Below, in pieces: positions 60,879 to 64,000 of a DNA stretch of 64,000 nt. Below the pieces are notes generated by a model. The model was not told where the DNA came from, made no database searches, and was given only the letters and a program-made list of their open reading frames with translations. Origin of the DNA: an uncultured Spirochaetota bacterium (GTDB lineage: Bacteria > Spirochaetota > Spirochaetia > SZUA-6 > Fen-1364); NCBI GenBank assembly GCA_963734545.1, contig CAVTHO010000008.1:672001-736000 (forward strand). Direction: 5' to 3'. Numbering within the stretch: the first letter of the stretch is position 1; each line of letters begins with the position of its first letter. Position numbers and translations under genes: made by a program.

Positions 60879-63343
60879 TGAGCCAGCGCAGGAGCCTGGC
60901 GTCTCTTTTCCTTGTCTCGCTCTTCGGCCTCTCTTTCGAGACTTTCCTCAGCCGCTACTTCGCGGTTGCCCTTTTTTCCGACTACAGCTATTGGGTCATC
61001 TCCCTGGCGCTCCTCGGATACTCGTTCGGAGGGGTCTTCCTTACGCTTTTCCGCGATCACTTTCATCGCTACAGCGCGCGGTACCTCCTGCTCATCCCTC
61101 CGCTCCTCCTGGCCGCCAGCGTTCTCGCGTTCGTCATGCTGAGGGCGAACCCCTTCAATCCGCTGGAGCTTCAAAACTCGGTGCTGTGGACGAGCCAGGT
61201 CCGGTACATCTTTTCGTACTACGCCGCGCTGTTCCCCGTGTTCTTCCTGACCGGCGGATTCATCGGCCTCAATTTCCTGGTCTGGAGCGATTCGATACCG
61301 CGGGTCTATGCGGTGGATCTGCTGGGTGCCGCCGGCGGCTCTGCACTGGTCCTCGCCGCGATGTTCTTTCTGCACCCCTATCACCTGCCCGCCGTGATGC
61401 TGCCGATCCTTTTTGCGGTCATTGTCCTGAACACGACGGGGTATTTCGGAAAGAAGCTCGAAGCGCGGCCCCTCACCCTCATTGCCGCCGGTGCTGCCTT
61501 CCTGGGGCTCGGCATGTCCATCGTGCTTTCCGTGAACACCCTCGACGTGCCGGACTTCAAGAAACTGCATGCCGTTCTCGGAATTCGCGACTCCCGGATC
61601 ATCAGCTCACGGGTTTCCCCGGCAGGATCGTGGCTGACCGTGGACAACTACACCGAGTTCGACGACGTCAGCATGACAAACAACTACGGCAGTCTCACTA
61701 CCGCGTCCCCGCCTCGGACGTGGGGGCTGTATCGGGATGCCGTCCGCGTGGCTCCCCTGCCCCGAGAGATTCCCACTGATTTTTCCTATCTCAACGGGTC
61801 CCTTTCATTCTTTCCCTACGTGATCCGCCCTCATCCCGTCGTTCTTCTCATCGGGACCAACGGCGGCCTCAAGATCATCGAAAGTGCGCACAGCGGCGCG
61901 GCATCGGGGGTCGCGCTGGAGCAGCCGGGTGACATTCACCGCATCGTCACCGAGCGGCTGCGCGCCCTTGACCCGCGCTTCGAACAGACATGGCGGATTC
62001 GCCTCCAGCGCGGCTCTGTCTTTTCCCTTGCACGGGGATCGCGTCGGCAATTCGACATCATCGAGGTGGCGAATGACTTCTTGTCCCAGGACAGCAACAC
62101 CGCATGGTCATTCACCGTGGAGGCCATGGAGCTTTTCCTGCGCGCACTCAGGCCGGGTGGTGTGATCTCGATCCCCATGGACATCTCCGAGTTCGACCTG
62201 TACAGCCTGAAGCTGGCCAATACGATGGTCACCGCTCTCTCCCGGCAGGGCATCACGGATCCTGCCCGTCACGTCATGGCGTATCGCACCGCATGGACCT
62301 GCCAGCTTCTTGTTTCCAACCAGCCCTTCAGCTCTTCCGACATTGCGCGGCTCGTGAGCTGGTGCGCGGAACGCTCCTTCGACACCCCCTGGTATCCGGG
62401 CATCGATCCTTCCTCCCTCAGCGTGTGGAACGACCTTCCGCCGGTTTCCTTCGAGGAAGGTCAGGTGCAGGTTTCGGCAGCGGCGCAGGATGCGCTGATG
62501 AACGACCTGGTATTGATCTTCGGGCATCCCGGCAGAGAGCCGGCCGCGAGCCGGTTCTTCAATCTGAGCCCTTCCACCATGGACAGCCCCGACTTTTTCT
62601 CGATCGCGCGTCTCTCGAAGGTACGCGCGCTCCTGTCGAGAATCCAGATTCTCCCGGAGAAAGAAGTCGGCTACATGCTCAACCTCGTGATCCTGGTCCA
62701 GGCGCTCGTGCTGGCTGCTCTCGTCCTGTGCCTCCCGCTGGGCGCCGGCAGGAAAGTCGTTCGACGATCGGCAGGAGCCGGCTCCCTGCTCCCCCGTGTA
62801 TTCCTGTATTTCAGCGCCCTGGGATTCGGTTTCTTCTTCATCGAGCTCACGCTCGTAAGCAAGCTTTCCTTCTTCCTGGAGAGCGCCTCGCTCTCCTTCG
62901 GGACCGTGCTGGCCGGCATCCTCGTCTTCTCCGGCCTGGGAAGCTGGCGCGCTTCCCGTTTCAAGGAGAACCCCCGGCGCGGCCTGCTCGGCGGTCTCGT
63001 CGTGATCGCGGCAAGCCTCGGGTTCTTTCTGTTCGGGCTGGATCCGCTGATGCGGGCCTGCATCGGCTTCCCGCTTCCGCTCAAGATTGCGCTTGCGGTT
63101 GCCCTGATCGCGCCGCTCTCTTTTGCCCTGGGCAGGCCATTCGCCCTGGGAACCGCGTCCCTTGCGGGGTATTCTGATTCACTTGTCCCCTGGGCATGGG
63201 CGATAAACGGCGCGTTTTCCGTTGTGGCAACGCCCCTGGCCAGCATCCTCTCTGTGTCGACAGGGTGGAGCGTTGTTCTTGCGGCCGCGCTGCTGCTCTA
63301 TCTCACGACAGCAATCAGCTTTCCCGAGCGGAGAAAAGCATAG
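60878..63343 (+). CDS. Fused MFS-like / spermidine-synthase-like (class I SAM methyltransferase fold) membrane protein
   Basis: ~7 TM + soluble domain (VLLIGTNGG, ALEQ, FDIIEV, FTVEAM..FLRALRPGG) + ~7 TM; TGATG overlap with pcm. Confidence 0.82.
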   Translation: MSQRRSLASLFLVSLFGLSFETFLSRYFAVALFSDYSYWVISLALLGYSFGGVFLTLFRDHFHRYSARYLLLIPPLLLAASVLAFVMLRANPFNPLELQNSVLWTSQVRYIFSYYAALFPVFFLTGGFIGLNFLVWSDSIPRVYAVDLLGAAGGSALVLAAMFFLHPYHLPAVMLPILFAVIVLNTTGYFGKKLEARPLTLIAAGAAFLGLGMSIVLSVNTLDVPDFKKLHAVLGIRDSRIISSRVSPAGSWLTVDNYTEFDDVSMTNNYGSLTTASPPRTWGLYRDAVRVAPLPREIPTDFSYLNGSLSFFPYVIRPHPVVLLIGTNGGLKIIESAHSGAASGVALEQPGDIHRIVTERLRALDPRFEQTWRIRLQRGSVFSLARGSRRQFDIIEVANDFLSQDSNTAWSFTVEAMELFLRALRPGGVISIPMDISEFDLYSLKLANTMVTALSRQGITDPARHVMAYRTAWTCQLLVSNQPFSSSDIARLVSWCAERSFDTPWYPGIDPSSLSVWNDLPPVSFEEGQVQVSAAAQDALMNDLVLIFGHPGREPAASRFFNLSPSTMDSPDFFSIARLSKVRALLSRIQILPEKEVGYMLNLVILVQALVLAALVLCLPLGAGRKVVRRSAGAGSLLPRVFLYFSALGFGFFFIELTLVSKLSFFLESASLSFGTVLAGILVFSGLGSWRASRFKENPRRGLLGGLVVIAASLGFFLFGLDPLMRACIGFPLPLKIALAVALIAPLSFALGRPFALGTASLAGYSDSLVPWAWAINGAFSVVATPLASILSVSTGWSVVLAAALLLYLTTAISFPERRKA

Positions 63344-63366
63344 GCGTGCCGGTAAGCCGCCGGGAT

Positions 63367-64000
63367 TCAGTCGGCGGTAACTTCCAGGATCATCTTTGTC
63401 CGGAGCGCATCGAACAGCTCCCCGGCCGGGTAGTAGCGGTTCTTGCCGATCATGGTGACGTCATCCGCATAGCGCATGCTGTTTGATTCCCAGTCCACCG
63501 GATAGGGGTCATAAACGACAAAATAGCCCTTGTCCAGGCTGTAGCCTTTGACCAGCACGTAGTGGCCCAGGTCATCGCCATAGTACCTGCCCACGAGGTT
63601 GATGCTCGGGTCTCCGTCGACCTTTTCGATGCCCCCGCTCTGAATGAGGACAAATGCGATGTGTCCCCGGTCCAGCAGGTCCTGCAGGTCCTGCGGCTCG
63701 GTCAGCGTGGGGCTCTTGAATCCCACGCCGTGCCGGCGCAGAGATTCCTTCAGGTCTTCGAAGCTCGTCGCGCCGTCATCGTAGGGATAGCCGATTTCCG
63801 CCCGGATCTGCTGCACCGGCACGTCTTTTCCTCGCGCCCAGAGGATGGCCATGGAAACAAGCGCGGGCCCGCAGTTGGCGATGCCCGTCCCGAACTGGGT
63901 CCTGTACCAGTCGAGATCGTCCCGGGTCACCTGCCGGGACGGCAGAGGGGGAACGAAGACGTACACAGGGCGCACCGCCTTGCCGGCTCCCACGTTGAGG
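63367..64000 (-). CDS. Peptidase C39-like (papain-fold) protein, 5' end outside window
   Basis: ANCGPALVSMA (Cys), GHYVLVKGY (His), VYDPY (Asp). Confidence 0.8.
   Translation of the reverse strand, partial: LNVGAGKAVRPVYVFVPPLPSRQVTRDDLDWYRTQFGTGIANCGPALVSMAILWARGKDVPVQQIRAEIGYPYDDGATSFEDLKESLRRHGVGFKSPTLTEPQDLQDLLDRGHIAFVLIQSGGIEKVDGDPSINLVGRYYGDDLGHYVLVKGYSLDKGYFVVYDPYPVDWESNSMRYADDVTMIGKNRYYPAGELFDALRTKMILEVTAD

Noticed and set aside
1-64000. tRNA, rRNA, riboswitch, prophage, IS or anti-phage defence genes
   Set aside because: None recognised by eye; intergenic gaps are short and no integrase, transposase or nuclease motifs were seen. A covariance-model scan was not possible

Overview
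GC-rich bacterial chromosome segment, most likely from a free-living spirochaete (Spirochaetia): it carries an FlcA-like flagellar collar protein, an Hsp70-domain/LysM protein next to a lytic transglycosylase, and several spirochaete-type hypothetical lipoproteins. About 57 CDS were identified. They include the end of a caa3-type cytochrome c oxidase operon, mnmE-mnmG-rsmG, an omptin + Liv-type ABC importer + C69 peptidase + amidase cluster, a heterodimeric ABC exporter, and signalling proteins. Further along are class II ribonucleotide reductase nrdJ with a 200-aa mini-intein, ilvE, ssb, trxA, 2-oxoacid dehydrogenase E2 and fused E1, and a pcm + membrane methyltransferase-fold operon. Many genes, including housekeeping ones, carry single-base frameshifts that look like sequencing or assembly errors; these are annotated as whole CDS. 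I saw no rRNA, tRNA, CRISPR array, prophage or transposase. Three observations stand out. (1) A signal-peptide-bearing isoaspartyl methyltransferase is translationally coupled to a ~14-TM transporter-like protein whose methyltransferase-fold domain is predicted to face the periplasm, a candidate extracytoplasmic SAM-dependent methylation or repair system. (2) A dispersed, modular 39-bp intergenic element occurs in 4 copies at 3 loci with a covarying stem and a GGA loop, and forms a 115-bp tandem repeat at one locus. (3) Leaderless-type promoters are frequent. All protein family calls come from motif recognition by eye, not database searches.
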